From positions 47,913,157-47,953,923 of the forward strand of contig JBOZIK010000001.1 of NCBI GenBank assembly GCA_051453625.1: a stretch of 40,767 nucleotides of DNA, in the 5' to 3' direction. This document shows positions 1 to 13,293 of this stretch, piece by piece (the stretch's first letter is position 1; the number at the start of each line of letters is the position of its first letter). Source of the stretch: Welwitschia mirabilis. Lineage: Eukaryota. The translations under genes and the position numbers were made by a program. The notes beneath the pieces are model-generated. The model saw nothing but the letters and a program-made list of their open reading frames with translations. It searched no databases and was not told the DNA's origin.

Positions 1-2955
1 AAGTGGGAATACTAAGAGTCTAGGAAATAAGTAATTATTCTGATGACACCAAGAACACCACTAAACCCTAAACTCAAAGTTTTTATTTCTTTTGCCATGA
101 GGAAGGGAGTGCAACCACTATTAGAGGAGTAAGGACCCACGAAGCATGACCAAATAACCCCCCAGTGGAGTTCCCATAGCTGCCAATACTACCGAAAGTT
201 CCTCTTAGAAATATTTACCCTGGTGTGGTAGGACATCATGGTAACCATGTAATTTTTGTTAAAGCACAAAATACAATAGCTTATGGTCATTATTTTTTTT
301 CATCTTTGTTTTTTTTATTTTATTTTTTTCACATAATTTCCACTTGATCATACACTCAAAAAAGATAAAGGTGAATAAGTAAGATAAAAGATAGAAAAGA
401 ACACTCCCAAAAAACCTAAGATTTAAACACCATTGAAAAAAACCCAAGAAACTAAGGAATCTTCCTTTAAATGAAGTCCATATACATGGAAATATCTCAA
501 GATTAAACGAATCCAATCTTACCACTTGTAAATGCCCAAGTATAAAACTAATCATGATACTTCACAAAGTAATATACAAGTCAAGTTGGAAAGATGATTA
601 GGTAATATCATAATATTTAACCAAATGGGTAGGCTAAGAAATAACTTAGACAATGATAGGGAGGAAGTCCTCCTCATTGAGAGAAACCTCCAAAACAAGT
701 GCTTCTACCACATTCATGGTTGCATCTAAAGATCCTTCATATAATTTCAATTGTTGTCTATTAATCTTCTGAATTGCTTTAGTTTCCAAATCTAAAATTT
801 TAATTGATCTATTAAAATGCACTGTATTTATAAGATAAGGCCTAACCATTTAGATATCAACTTGTTATTTAAAATGTGAACTCTAGTGTTATACAATAAG
901 ACAAGTTAACTGGGTTTAAACTTTTTATGAAAAATCCTTTTATTATATTTGAACTTTGCATGGGCTTTATGAATTAATTGATGATGTATGGTACTAGTCC
1001 TTTTTTCATCAAGATGATTTAATTAGACTAATGTATACTTAAAATTTTCTTCAAAATCCATAAGATTAAGTTAATGAGATATACAATAAGAATTGTAACA
1101 TACATCAACTAGTAAAACACAAATTTTATTGTAAACAAGTTTATAAGGTGAGAAACTAAAAGAAGTATATCAAGTAGTATGATAGGCCCAAAGTACATCA
1201 TTAAGCTTATGAGTCCAAGACTTTTTATTAATAAAGATAAGTCTTTGAAGTATTTTATTTATTTTTCTGTTAGCATTTTCAGCTTATCCATTCATCTAAG
1301 GATGATAAGCATAAGCTACTCTATGTTTAATACCAATGGATAGAAGAAGTTTCTTAAAAAGTGAATTAATGAAATGAGTACCCTGATCACTAATGATGAC
1401 TCTAGGAAAACCAAACCTCTAAAAGATATGATATCTAAGAAAATAACAGATAGTTCAGGCATTATTTAAAGAAGTAGGTATGGCTTCAACCCATTTAGTC
1501 ACGTAATCAACAGCCACTAAAATGTAATTTTTATTAAAAGAAGGTGGGTGAATAGAGCCCATGAAATTAATACCACGACTATCAAAAATCTCACACTCAA
1601 GAATAGGTCTAAGGGGTATTTCTTGTGAATGAACAAGATTACCAAAATGCTGACAAGGATCACACTTTCTAACAAAATAAAATGAATAACAAAAAATAGA
1701 AGACTAGTAAAAACTAGAATGAAGGATTTTCATGGTAGTTTTATGTTTACTAAAATGTCCTCCACAAGCACCACCATAACAAAGATGAAGAATCTCAAGT
1801 ATTTCCCAATCGGGCATACCTTTTCTCATAATCTGGTTTTTGCACCTATGGTACAAATGTGGATCGATCCACTCATAGTTACTTATATGATGGAGAAAAT
1901 ATTTACGTTGGTGATAGGTCCAATGTTGTGGTGTTTTTATGATTACAACATAGTTCACAATGTTGGCATACCATGAAGGAGGATGAAAATAAGAAACAGT
2001 GAAAAGCTGCTCGTCAGGAAAGGAATCATCAATGAGAATGTCATTGGAAGGAGAAGGAAGTCGAGATAAATGATCAGCAACAGAATTATGCTTCCCTACT
2101 TTATCTATGATGGTTAAATTAAATTCTTGCATAAGAAGGATCCATCTAATCAAATGGGCACTAGAATATTTTTTGGTCATAAGGTAACAAATGGCAGCAT
2201 AATTGGTTTAAACATTCATGTAAAATCCTAAAAGATAGTCTCTAAGAGAATAAAGGCAAAATATAATGGCAAGCATCTCTTTCTCTATAGTGATGTAATT
2301 TACCTGAGTTCTAGACAATGATTTGCTATGATAAGATATAACTTTAAAATCATTCTCATATTTTTGGCAAAGAACCCCACCCACGAAAAAGTTACTAGCA
2401 TCACACATAAGCTCAAAGTTAAGTGCCCAATCAGGTCCTGTTACTATAGGTGCATAAGATAATTCATGTTTAAGCCTAGCGAAAGCCAGTTGACAAGCTT
2501 CATTCCATTCGAATTTGGCATCTTTCTCTAGTAACGAGTAAAGGGGTTTACAAATAGAAGCATAATCATGAATAAACAAATGGTAAAAACCACAATGATT
2601 AAGGAAAAATCAGACTTGATTAACATTTGTAGGGGGACTAAGATTTTAAATAATACCAACTTTAGAAGCATGTATATTAGTTCCCTCCCAAGAAATATGA
2701 TGACCTAAAACAATTCCACTCTCTATAAGAAAATGACTCTTTTCCTAACTCAAGTGGAGGCCACTAAAAATGCATCAATCTAAGACTTTCTCTAAATGAT
2801 CTAAGATTTGTTCAAAATTTTCTACAGAGATAGAGAAATCATCCATAAAAATCTTAATGGAATCCTCAAGCATACCAAAAAAGATACCCATCATAGCACA
2901 TTGAAAATTATCGGGAGCGTTGTAAAGTCCAAATGGCATGAATCTAAAGGTAAAG
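1..2955 (-). mobile_element. Degenerate Athila-like Ty3/gypsy LTR retrotransposon fragment (end of RT, RNase H, integrase, 3' non-coding region)
   Basis: Minus-strand ORF fragments give RNase H (ELMCDAS, EKEMLAIIF, LIRWILLMQEF, VADHLSRL) and the integrase N-terminus (GGACGGHF). The integrase C-terminus is at 646-849, and RT MPFGLYNAP-like sequence is near 2900-2950. Bases 1-650 align by eye to 19535-20180. Many stops and frameshifts. Confidence 0.93.
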
Positions 2956-5900
2956 AAATCTATATAGTCATCTTCACCATCACTTTAAGAGATAAAGAAA
3001 AACTATGTCTTATAACAATTTCCCACAAAATTTAAAATCTTAGAGTCAAGTTCAGAAAGCCATTATTAAGAGATTTATGAGTGACACCATCATCCAAAAA
3101 TATAAAAAAGAAGTCACCAACTTCCAACAAATGCCTAATGAAAATTATGCTTCTGCCTATGAAAGATTTTTTATTACTTTACATTTGAACCTTATAGGTG
3201 CCTTTTCACAGGTAAAACTAGTTAACTATTTTTATAGTGGATTAAACAGTCACACAAAGCAACTTATAGATTTTTCATGTGAAGGCAACTTGTTGAACCA
3301 AATCTTAGATGATGCTTGGAAATTATTGGAAGACTTAGTAGAAGTGATTCAAACATGGCCTAAACCCTCACCTAGAGAAAACTAAACTATAGGCCAAATC
3401 GTTAAAGATCTAAAGGAGGTAAAACATGAAAAAAATAAAACCAGAACGAAAAATAAACCAACTAATGTTATAAATAATTTCACCTCTACCTTAGAAAAAT
3501 ACATCCAAATTATTCTTAATGCTAAGGTGGCAACCGAGAAAAGTAAAGTTGTAGTTCCAATGTGTGATTTGTGTGAAGATAGTTACCATGTTACCAAAGA
3601 ATGTCCCTTACTTTCAACTTACAAAGAGAAAATCTATGAGGAACTTTATGCCTTTAATTATAGATCTTTAAAATACAACTAAAATCAAAATTAAAAATAA
3701 GTCCAAAATCACAACAACTTTCAACATAGAATGAGTGAACAAACCAGCTCTANNNNNNNNNNACCATCCTGACTTCCAACCTTTCAAAACTAGATTTGAG
3801 AACTCAAACTTTTAATCTAACAACTCAAACAATTTGGAAAGCTCATCCAACTCACAAAACCATAGTGATCCTCTTAGGAATTCCATTGAGGAGTTAAGAA
3901 AATCATAAGAAAAGACTAACTTAAACATTAAAAAGACAAACACCAACATAGAAAACCTTATAAGCACCCTACAACAAACTATGCTTGCCAACCAAAGACC
4001 ATAATGGTTTCTTTCCACTCAACCTTTACCAAACCTTATCGAAGTAAGAAAATATTATAATATGATGACAAGAAGTGGACATGACATAACTCCTCTTACC
4101 CATGAGTCTTCAACATTACAAAGTGACAAAAATGATGCGGAAGAAGACATAGAAATCTTAGAACATCTTTCCTTTCCTTCTTCATTAAGCAACAAAAAGA
4201 AAGACCCTTCATAAAGAAACCTACTACCCCATGGCTTGATAGGCTTAATACAAACCCCATTTTTTATGATCATCTAAAAGCCTTAATGCAAAATGTGAGT
4301 ATCAACTTGTCATTTTTGAAACTTTTACAAGAAATCCCAAAATATTCTAAGCTATGGAAAAACTTAATAAGAAGAAAACAAAAATGAATCATCCCTAGTA
4401 AAGTCTTCCTAGCTCAATCCCTTAACAACTTGGTTTCTAAGAAGTATTAAAAGTTTAAAGACCCAGGGGTAGCAACCATTAGTGTTACTTTAGAGGGGAA
4501 CCATAGAATTAAGAAAGCCTTAATAGATATCGGAGCTAGTATCAATATCATGCCCTTATATATTTGTCAACAACTTGGGTTGGAAAAAAGAGTAAATCCT
4601 ACATGAGTTATCTTGGAGTTAGCTAATACATCTATGAAAAAACCTTTAAGTATGATTAAGGACTTAGTCATTCAGATAGAAGAAGCTTTCTACCCAATAG
4701 ATATAGTTGTTTTAGAAGTTAAGCATCAAGGTGAATATCCCCTACTTCTAGGTAGAGCTTTCTGTGCAATAGTCCATTACATCATAGACACAAGAACTAG
4801 ATTGATGAGGTGGTATTTTTAAAATAAACAATTTTCAATTAAATTCTTTGATGTATCCAAAAAAGATTTATGCAACAATCTAGGTTTGAAGGAAGAAATT
4901 AAACCAACCCTATTTCTACAACACTATCCACTTGAGGAGAGATAGTTTATGCTTCATGAGCCAACCTTATTTGATGATCATACAGAAGTAGACTACCTTT
5001 ATGTGCTTAATGAACAACTTGAGTTTGACCATTCCTCCACTAAGTTTTTCGATCTGATGAGGAGTAAAACTAAGTTTGCAATCTATTTTGAAGTCCAAGA
5101 AACTGAAAACCCTGATAATTCTTTTTGTGAAATTAGTATTCCACTGCTGATATCCAGATGATAATCCAAGATGACAATTAACTCTTCTGAAAATTTTTTT
5201 GAAACTAGAGTTTTAAACATTAACTTGAATCTAAAACCTATGAGTAGTGGACTAAAATATATTTTTATGAATAGAGATTTAAATAAACCTTTAATTATTA
5301 ATAAAAATCTCTCACCTCAATAAGAATCCAATCTCATCTCTCTTTTAGAGTCAAAATTTTATGCATTTTCTTGGTCCCATAATGATCTATTGGCCATTCC
5401 ACTTCCATTGTGCAACACAAAATCTACCTCAAAAAAATTTAAAACATGTAAGGCAACCCTAATGTATATTAAATCCAGTCCTAAAGCAAATTGTTAAAGA
5501 TGAAATCATAAAACTTATAAATGTTGTAATCATTTACTTCATTGCTGATAGTGAATGGGTTAAACCGTTGATGGTAGTACCAAAAAAAGGTGGGAAATGA
5601 TGTATGTGCATAAAATTTCAAAAACTAAATGAGGTAACTAAAAAAGATCACTGTCCTTTACCTTTTCTTAATTAAATTATTAATAAGATTTAGGGACATG
5701 CTTTTTAATATTTTCTTTATGGTTATAATAGTTACAATCAAATTTGCATTACCCTTGAGGGCCAAGATAAAACTACTTTCAATTCTCCTTTTAATACCTT
5801 TGCCTTTAGACACATGCCTTTTGTACTTTCTAATGCTCCTAGTACCTTTCAGCGTGCTATGATGAGTATTTTTTTTTTATATGCTTAAGGATTCCATTTA

Positions 5901-6758
5901 GATTTTCATGAACAATTTCTCTATCTATGCTGAAACTTTTGAGCAGATCTTAGATTGTTTAGAGAAAGTCTTAGATAGATGCATTGCTAGTGGCCTCCAC
6001 TTGAGTTGGGAAAAGCGTCATTTTTTTATAGAAAGTGGCATTGTTTTAGGTCACCATATTTCTCAAGAGGGGATTAAGATGGATGCTTCTAAAGTTAGTA
6101 TTATTTAAAATCTTATTCCTCCTATAAATGTTAAATAGATCTAATATTTTCTTGACCACTATGGTTTTTACCATAAGTTCATTTGTGATTATGCTTCTAT
6201 TTACAAACCCCTTCACTCACTACTAGAAAAAGATGTCAAATTCAAATGGAATTAATCTTATTAAAATGCTTTTGATAGGCTTAAACATACATTATCTTAT
6301 ACTCCTATAGTAATGAGACCCAATTGGATACTTGGCTTTAAGCTTATGTATAATGCTAGTAATTTTACTGTGGGTGGGGTTCTTTACCAAAAATATGAGA
6401 AAGACTTCAATGTTATATCTCACCATAGTAAGACACTATCTATAGCTCAAATGAATTACACTACTACCTAAAAAGAAATGCTTGCCATTATCTTTTTCCT
6501 TAATTCTCTTCGNNNNNNNNNNATACTATCTTTTAGGATTTCACACAACTGTTTATACTGATCATGCTACCATTCATTACCAAATAACCAAGAAAGACTC
6601 TTATGCTCATTTGATTAGATGGATCCTTCTTATGTAAGAATTCAATTTGATCATTATAGATAAAACATGAAAGCATAATTATGTTTCTGATCACTTGTCT
6701 CAACTTCCTTCTCTTCTAGATCATATTCTCATTGATGATACCTTTCCTGATGAGCAAC
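2956..6758 (+). mobile_element. Degenerate Athila-like Ty3/gypsy internal region (partial gag, protease, RT, RNase H)
   Basis: Gag ORF 3077-3385 (YFYSGLN, DDAWKLLE). Protease ALIDIGASIN near 4515 and LLLGRAF. RT LHLSWEK..GIVLGHHIS at 5908-6108, then RNase H. It begins mid-gag with no LTR and ends at a 100-N gap. Confidence 0.93.
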
Positions 6759-6858
6759 NNNNNNNNNNNNNNNNNNNNNNNNNNNNNNNNNNNNNNNNNN
6801 NNNNNNNNNNNNNNNNNNNNNNNNNNNNNNNNNNNNNNNNNNNNNNNNNNNNNNNNNN
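6759..6858. other. Assembly gap (100 N, probably unsized)
   Basis: Run of exactly 100 N. Confidence 0.97.
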
Positions 6859-7298
6859 TGTAACATATATGTGGTTCAATTCTTAAAATAAAATATTTAC
6901 TTTTTATGCTTCAATGTGTGATCATTTCTTACCCTCATTACTTATGTTGCTTCTGATCTAACGATAGGTTCTTTAGTGATATAGGCTATAAGGACAACCT
7001 TTATCAAGGTTGTGCTTGGTTAGTTTAGATTAAGTGCATTGTTGTTTCCTTTTCCTAGATTAGCTTTACATGAGTGTATTTTACTTTTATTTCATGCATT
7101 GCAAGTGATTTTTATAGATTAAAATACAATAATTTCTCTTTTGAAAGAAATTCTCTTATTTCCTACTTTAGCCTTTGACAGATTGTGACATTCGGGTCAA
7201 CTCCCATCTATATTAGTGTATTGTATTTGTACATTATTATTTATAATTAATAGGATTCTAATTAGGATGTAAAAATTTTATAAATATGCATTGCAACA
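6859..7298 (+). repeat. Partial 5' LTR (3' portion), a diverged relative of the three minus-strand LTRs
   Basis: It ends in ...GCAACA directly before the PBS. 7175-7298 aligns by eye with the reverse complement of 29348-29475. The left end is lost in the gap. Confidence 0.75.
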
Positions 7299-7301
7299 TC
7301 T

Positions 7302-7319
7302 TAATGCTATTGCTGGGAA
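7302..7319 (+). promoter_or_regulatory. Degenerate primer-binding site (tRNA-Asp type)
   Basis: TAATGCTATTGCTGGGAA matches the Athila-type PBS TGGCGCCGTTGCCGGGGA at 11/18 positions, and all 7 differences are C>T or G>A. It lies 3 nt after the LTR terminal CA. Confidence 0.75.
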
Positions 7320-10300
7320 AGAATGTTTAGAGTTTGAGAGTTATCATTACTTTGTTAAGTATTTTAATTTAGATTCTTGCTACAGCAGTAGTGTATTAGT
7401 ATTTGTAGTAGCATAGGTTTTTCCTTTCACAGAGTTAATTTTTTATTTTTCATATTAAAGTTTATTATTCTATTTTATAATAAAAGTTAGTCATCCACTT
7501 CATTGTCTAGACAATATGTGGTGATGACGGCCTATGTATCATAATTTTTCTATTTTATTTTTCTGTTAAATTTTCTTTTAAGGGTTTTTGTTCCATCGTC
7601 GTCTTTGTTGTCCAAAAAACTTAGATCAATGATAGTCTATTTTCTGAGTTTTATATTAAAGTTAATCTTTTGTTTTTGTTTTCTACTTTTTTCTTTTTTT
7701 TTTGTGATTTCTGTATTTCTATCGTCTAGGATATCATCAAGATGACGACATCAATAATACTTTGCACATCTAAAACTGAGCATGAATAGTTAAATCTAGT
7801 AAGAAAGAAAAATATTAGAGAGAGTGACTAGTGATTGCTGAAAATATCAGAGAAGATTTAATAAATTTAGAATTTGAAATAGGTGAAAATAGCACAGGTA
7901 TGTAAGATTTTGAAATTCCTATAATTTTCACTTTTATTTCTGCAAAATCTGACTTTGCTATCATGTCTACCTTAGCCTAAAGCTTAAACAACCTACCTTA
8001 CTAAATCCATATCTTGTTATTGAAATTTCTACTACTAATTCTTCTCATACCAATATCCATGTCACTCTTAGGGATCTCATAATGAAAAAGAAATGTGAAA
8101 TCTAAACTCCTTTTGATTTACCTCTTAGTGATGACGTATAACTCCATAACTTAAATGCTTATCCTATCTTTATTGGAGAACTTGATGAAGATCCTTTATA
8201 ACACATTATTGATATAGAAAAACTTGTCCTTACTTCTAGAAATAATAAAAAATGTATAAGTGATAGAGCCTATATGGTCATCTTTCCCATTATTTTGAGA
8301 GATAAAGCAAAACTATGGCTTAGAACAATTTCCCACAAAAGTCTAAAATCTTGGAATCAAGTTTAGGAAACTTTATTAAGAGATTCATGACTAAAACCAT
8401 TATCCAAAAATGTAAAAAAGAAGTCACCAATTTTCAATAAATGCCTAACAAATATTATGTCTCTACCTATGCGAGATTCTTTATTGCTTTACATTCAACC
8501 ACTATAGATGCTTTTTCATAGGTAGAACTAGTTGACTAGTTTTATAGAGGATTAAATAGTCATACAAAGCAACTTGTAGATTTTTCTTGTGGAGGTAAAT
8601 TATTAAAGCAAACCATTAATGATGCTTGGAAAGTATTGGAAGATTTAATAGAAGTAAGTCAAACATGGCCTAAACCCTCATCTAGAGAAAATCGAACAGT
8701 AGGTTAAATCACTAAAGATCTAAAAGAAGTAAAACATGAAAAACATGAAATAAAAATAAAAAATAAACAAACTAATGTCAAATGATTCTTAATGTTAAAG
8801 TGGCAATCGAGAAGAGTACATAAGTAGTTTTGACATGTGACTTGTGTGAATATATTTACTATGTTAGAAAATATTATCCCTTACTTCCTACCTACAAAGA
8901 AAAAATTTATAAAGAAGTTTGTACCTTTAATCAACGAACTTCGAACTATAACCAAAATCACAACTAAAGACAAGTCCAAAAATAGAATGACATTTAACAT
9001 AGGATAAGTGAACAACCAAACTTTAGATTCTAGGGACCGCAACCATGAGTGTCACTTTAAAGGAAAACCATAGAAGAAAGAAAGCCTTGATAGATATTAA
9101 AGTTAGTATTAATATTATGCCCTTGCACATTTATGAACATCTTGGTTTAGACAAAAAAGTAGAATCTACACATGTTATCTTAGATTTAGATGATACTTCT
9201 GTCAAAAAACCATTAAGTGTGATCAAGGATTTAGTCATTCAGATAGAAGAGGTTTTCTACCCCATTGATGTTGTGGTTTAAGTTGACCACCATGATAGAT
9301 ATTCTTTACTTCTAGGTAGAGCTTTTTGTGTAATAGCCCACTATATCATAGATACAAGAACCGGATTGATGAAGTATCATCTTAGAAATAAACAATTTTT
9401 AATAAGATTTTTTAATGGGGCTAAAAAAGATTTAGGTAACAATTTAACTTTGGAGGAAGGAATTAGGCCAACTCTATTTTTATAGCACTGTTCACTTAAG
9501 CAAATATGATCCATGCCTCATGAACCAACCCTATTTGATGATAAATTAAAAGTAGACTACTTATATGTTTTTTATGATCAACTTGAGTTTGACCATCTAA
9601 CAACTGAGTTTTTTGATCTGGAGAGTAGACAGTCTGAGTCTGTCAATTGTGCAGAAGTCTAAGAATTTAGCAAACCTAAGATTTCCTATTTTGAGGGTAT
9701 TCGTGCACTACCAACATCCGAACGACAGTCTGAGATGACAGTATGTTATCCTGAAAATTTTTCAAAAACTAAAAATCTAAGCTTAAACCTTAACCTGAAG
9801 CCTTTAGATCGTGGACTGAAATACATTTTTCTAAACAGTTACCTGAATAAACCCTTGATTATCAACAAAAACCTTATCCCTCAACAAGAATTAAGTCTTA
9901 TCTCTCTTCTGTAATATAAGGTAAATGTATTTGATTGACCCCATAACGATTTAATAGGCATACCCACTTCCATTGTTCAACATAAAATCTACCTTAAAGA
10001 AAAACTAAACCTGTGAGACAACCCTAACATAGACTAAATCCAGCCCATAAACAAATTGTAAAAGATGAAATCATAAAATTAATAGATGCTAAAATCATTT
10101 ATTCTGTTGCTAACAGTAAGTGGGTTAGTCCCTTAATGGTCGTTCTTAAAAAGGATAGGAAATGGAGAATGTGCATAAACTTTTAAAAGCTAAACGAAGT
10201 AACTGAAAAAGACCACTGTCCTTTGCCTTCTCTTGATTAGATTCTTGATAGGGTTTAGGGTTATGCTTTTTACTATTTTCTTGATAATTATAGTAGGTAT

Positions 10301-13293
10301 AATCAGGTTTGCATTGCTAGTGAGGACTAAGCCAAAACCACTTTTACTTCTCCTTTTGGTATGTTTTGCTTTTAAATGCATGCCTTTCGGACTTTGTAAT
10401 GCTCCTGATACTTTTCAGCGTGCTATGATAGGTATCTTTTCTAATATACTTAAGGATTCCATTAAGATTTTCATGGATGACTTCTCTATTTATGCTAAAA
10501 TATTTGAATAAATCTTAGATCAATTAGAAAAAGTCTTAGACCACTGCATTTCTAATGGCCTCCACTTGAGTTGGGAAAAGAGTCTATTTCTTATAGAACA
10601 TGACATTATTTTAGGTCACCATATCTCTCGAGAGAGGATTAGGATGGATGCTTCTAAAGTTGGTATTATTCAAAATCTAAGTCCCCCTACAAATGTTAAA
10701 TAGATCTGATGTTTTCTTGGCCATTGTGGCTTTTACCATCGGTTCATTCATAATTATGCTACTATCTATAAACCGCTTTACTTGTTACTAAAGAAAGAAT
10801 CCAAAATTGAATGGAACGAATCTTGTCAACTCGCTTTTGATAGGCTTAAATGTAAATTATCTTATGCTCCTATAATAATGAGACCCAAGTGGGAACTTGA
10901 TTTTGAGCTTATGTATGATGCAAGTAACTTTATCGTAGGTGGGACTTTTTGTCAGAAATATGAGAATGATTTTAAAGTTATATCTTACCATACAAAATCT
11001 TTTTCTAGAGCTAAAATGAACTATACCACAATAGAGAAAAAGATGCTAGCTATTATCTTTTGCCTTGATTCTCTTAGACATTATCTTTTGGGCTTTTATA
11101 CTAATGTTTACACTGACTATGTTGCCATTCATTACTTTATGACTAAGAAAGATTCTAGTGCATGTTTGATTAGATGGATCCTTCTTATGTAAGAGTTTAA
11201 CTTGACNNNNNNNNNNCCGATCACTTATCTCGACTTCCTTCTTCTCTAGATGATTCTTTTATTAATGATTCATTTCTTGGTGAGCAGCTTTTCACTGTTT
11301 ATTCTTCTCATTCTCCTCCTTCGTATGCAGATATTGTTAATTATCTTTTGACGATAGAAACACCATAATATTGGACCTATAATTAATGCAAATCTTTTCT
11401 CCCTATGATAGGTGACTATGAGTGGATAGAGCCACATTTGTACTGTAGGTGTAAAGATCAAATCAGAAAATGTATGTCTGATTAGGAAATACCTGACATG
11501 CTTCATCATTGTCATGGTGGTGTTGGTGGAGGACATTGGTTTTTATTGGCCTTCTCTTTTTCGTGATTCCATTGATTTTGCTAGAAGGTGTGATCCTTGT
11601 CAGCGTTATGATAGCCTTGTTTATTCACAGGAAATGCTCCTTAGACCTATTCTTGGGTGTGAGCCTTTTGATTATTGGGGTTTCTTATAGATCTCATATT
11701 AATCACTTATCAAATGATATATTAGGATGATATCCAAGCTTATGAAGTTAACCTAAATCATATTCTCTATAATTTAGAATCCAAAGTAGAACTAAAATCA
11801 TTTCTAGATGAACATTAGTTATCAACCTATAATATGCTCTATACGAGTTGCAAAATCCTATTATATTACTTCATATTTATATTATTGCATCTTATTAACT
11901 ATATATAATATCTCTTTTTGTATCATAAACTAAGTAAAAATATATGGCATAAAAGTATGACATCGTTATTGTTTATAAACTAAAATTGTCTATGATTGAT
12001 TTCTTAATGATTGATTATACTATTTATCTATGCTTGTTTTCCCACAAATACATTCTACATAATCTCATGATAAATTAGAATGAGTTATTAATCCTATATT
12101 TTTCTAATGTTTTCACACAAGTAAACATAAAATTGTAAAATAAATAAGGGCTTTAATAAAGGTAATTTATGTTAGGATGTTATAACTTTTCTTGTACTTA
12201 ATAGTCTATTTTTAGTTATATCAAATCTAATTTTGCAAATAAAATACGAAACGATAAGTATTGAAACATGATGAAACTTAAATTTAATGCATTAGTGTGA
12301 CTTCTATTGAGATTTTATTTAGAATTTAATTTCTTTTCTTCTAATTTATATAGATATCTCATAAAATACTAGATATGTATAAATTAAGATTTGATAATTT
12401 TAAAAAAAAAAAAGAAAAAAACCTCTTTTTGAATCAATCAAATAATTATTAAATCAACATTAATTTAGATCAATACTAGATTAATAAATGTTAACTTATA
12501 TTTATGGGCAATCATTATTGGAAAGAGAAGTTAAGTCAATAATCTTATAATATATTTTTAATAGCTACTAATTTTTACTAGCTTACTAAATGATATGTAC
12601 TTTTATAGAAGGAATAGTTCTCAAGTTTAAATCAAATCATGATTCATGTTGATTTAAGTAAAACTCTTGTATTTGTAATAGAAGTACTTTAAAAAAATTT
12701 AGTTTATGAATACCAATTTAGACCAATAAGAGATTGATAGTAGAGAAAAAACCAACTAAAGGTATGTAGAGTTTCCATCAATTGATATTGACAAAAAATC
12801 ACTATAATTCAATGATAATAGCGTAATCATTACTTTTTTTTAATTCTAATCATTGAGGGATTGATAAGAAATTGATGGTTTTATAGTTATAACTTCCTCA
12901 ACTTTCGTAATTAAATTTATTGATTCACTATTAATTCAAATTTATGAAAGATTTGAAGTTATCAAAACATAAAAGTTTCACTAAAGTAGATCAATTAAAA
13001 ATTATTATCATAAGAACAACCAATTTAGTATTGATGCAAATCATAGGCTAAGAAAGTGTGTATATATTAATTTTTTTAAGGATCGTTAATATGTTATTAT
13101 AGAAACTAATAATTGCTACTATCATGCCATCCTATTACTAGACCTTTATTTATAATGCATTTTTAGTCATTTTTAACACTTTTATAAATTTTGTATTATG
13201 ACTACTAAATTGTAGAAGTGACAGAAGATCCTTCACGATAGTTTGAGTCTTGAGTCTAACACATGTAACTCCTAAAAGTGTCTTTGGAAGAGA

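Larger units (their letters stand above)
6859..11681 (+). mobile_element. Degenerate Athila-like Ty3/gypsy copy (partial 5' LTR, PBS, leader, gag, protease, RT, RNase H, truncated integrase)
   Basis: LTR end and PBS at 7298-7319. Gag ~7870-9025, protease ORF 9045-9281, RT MPFGLCNAPDTFQRAM..IFMDDFSIY (10233-10511), RNase H 10782-11192. Integrase homology stops near 11681. Confidence 0.92.

Noticed and set aside
40..75. CTGATGA conserved in two gypsy copies (also 19571) as a possible hammerhead ribozyme core
   Set aside because: There is no stem II followed by GAAA and no flanking helices, and the motif is antisense to the element.
259..555. Hydrophobic ORF downstream of integrase as a possible env-like gene
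   Set aside because: Its composition reflects T-rich sequence, and the frame does not appear to be preserved in the homologous region at 19800-20095.
11690..13290. AT-rich stretch that may be ancient TE-derived sequence
   Set aside because: I could not identify any domain motif, terminus or repeat to support a call.
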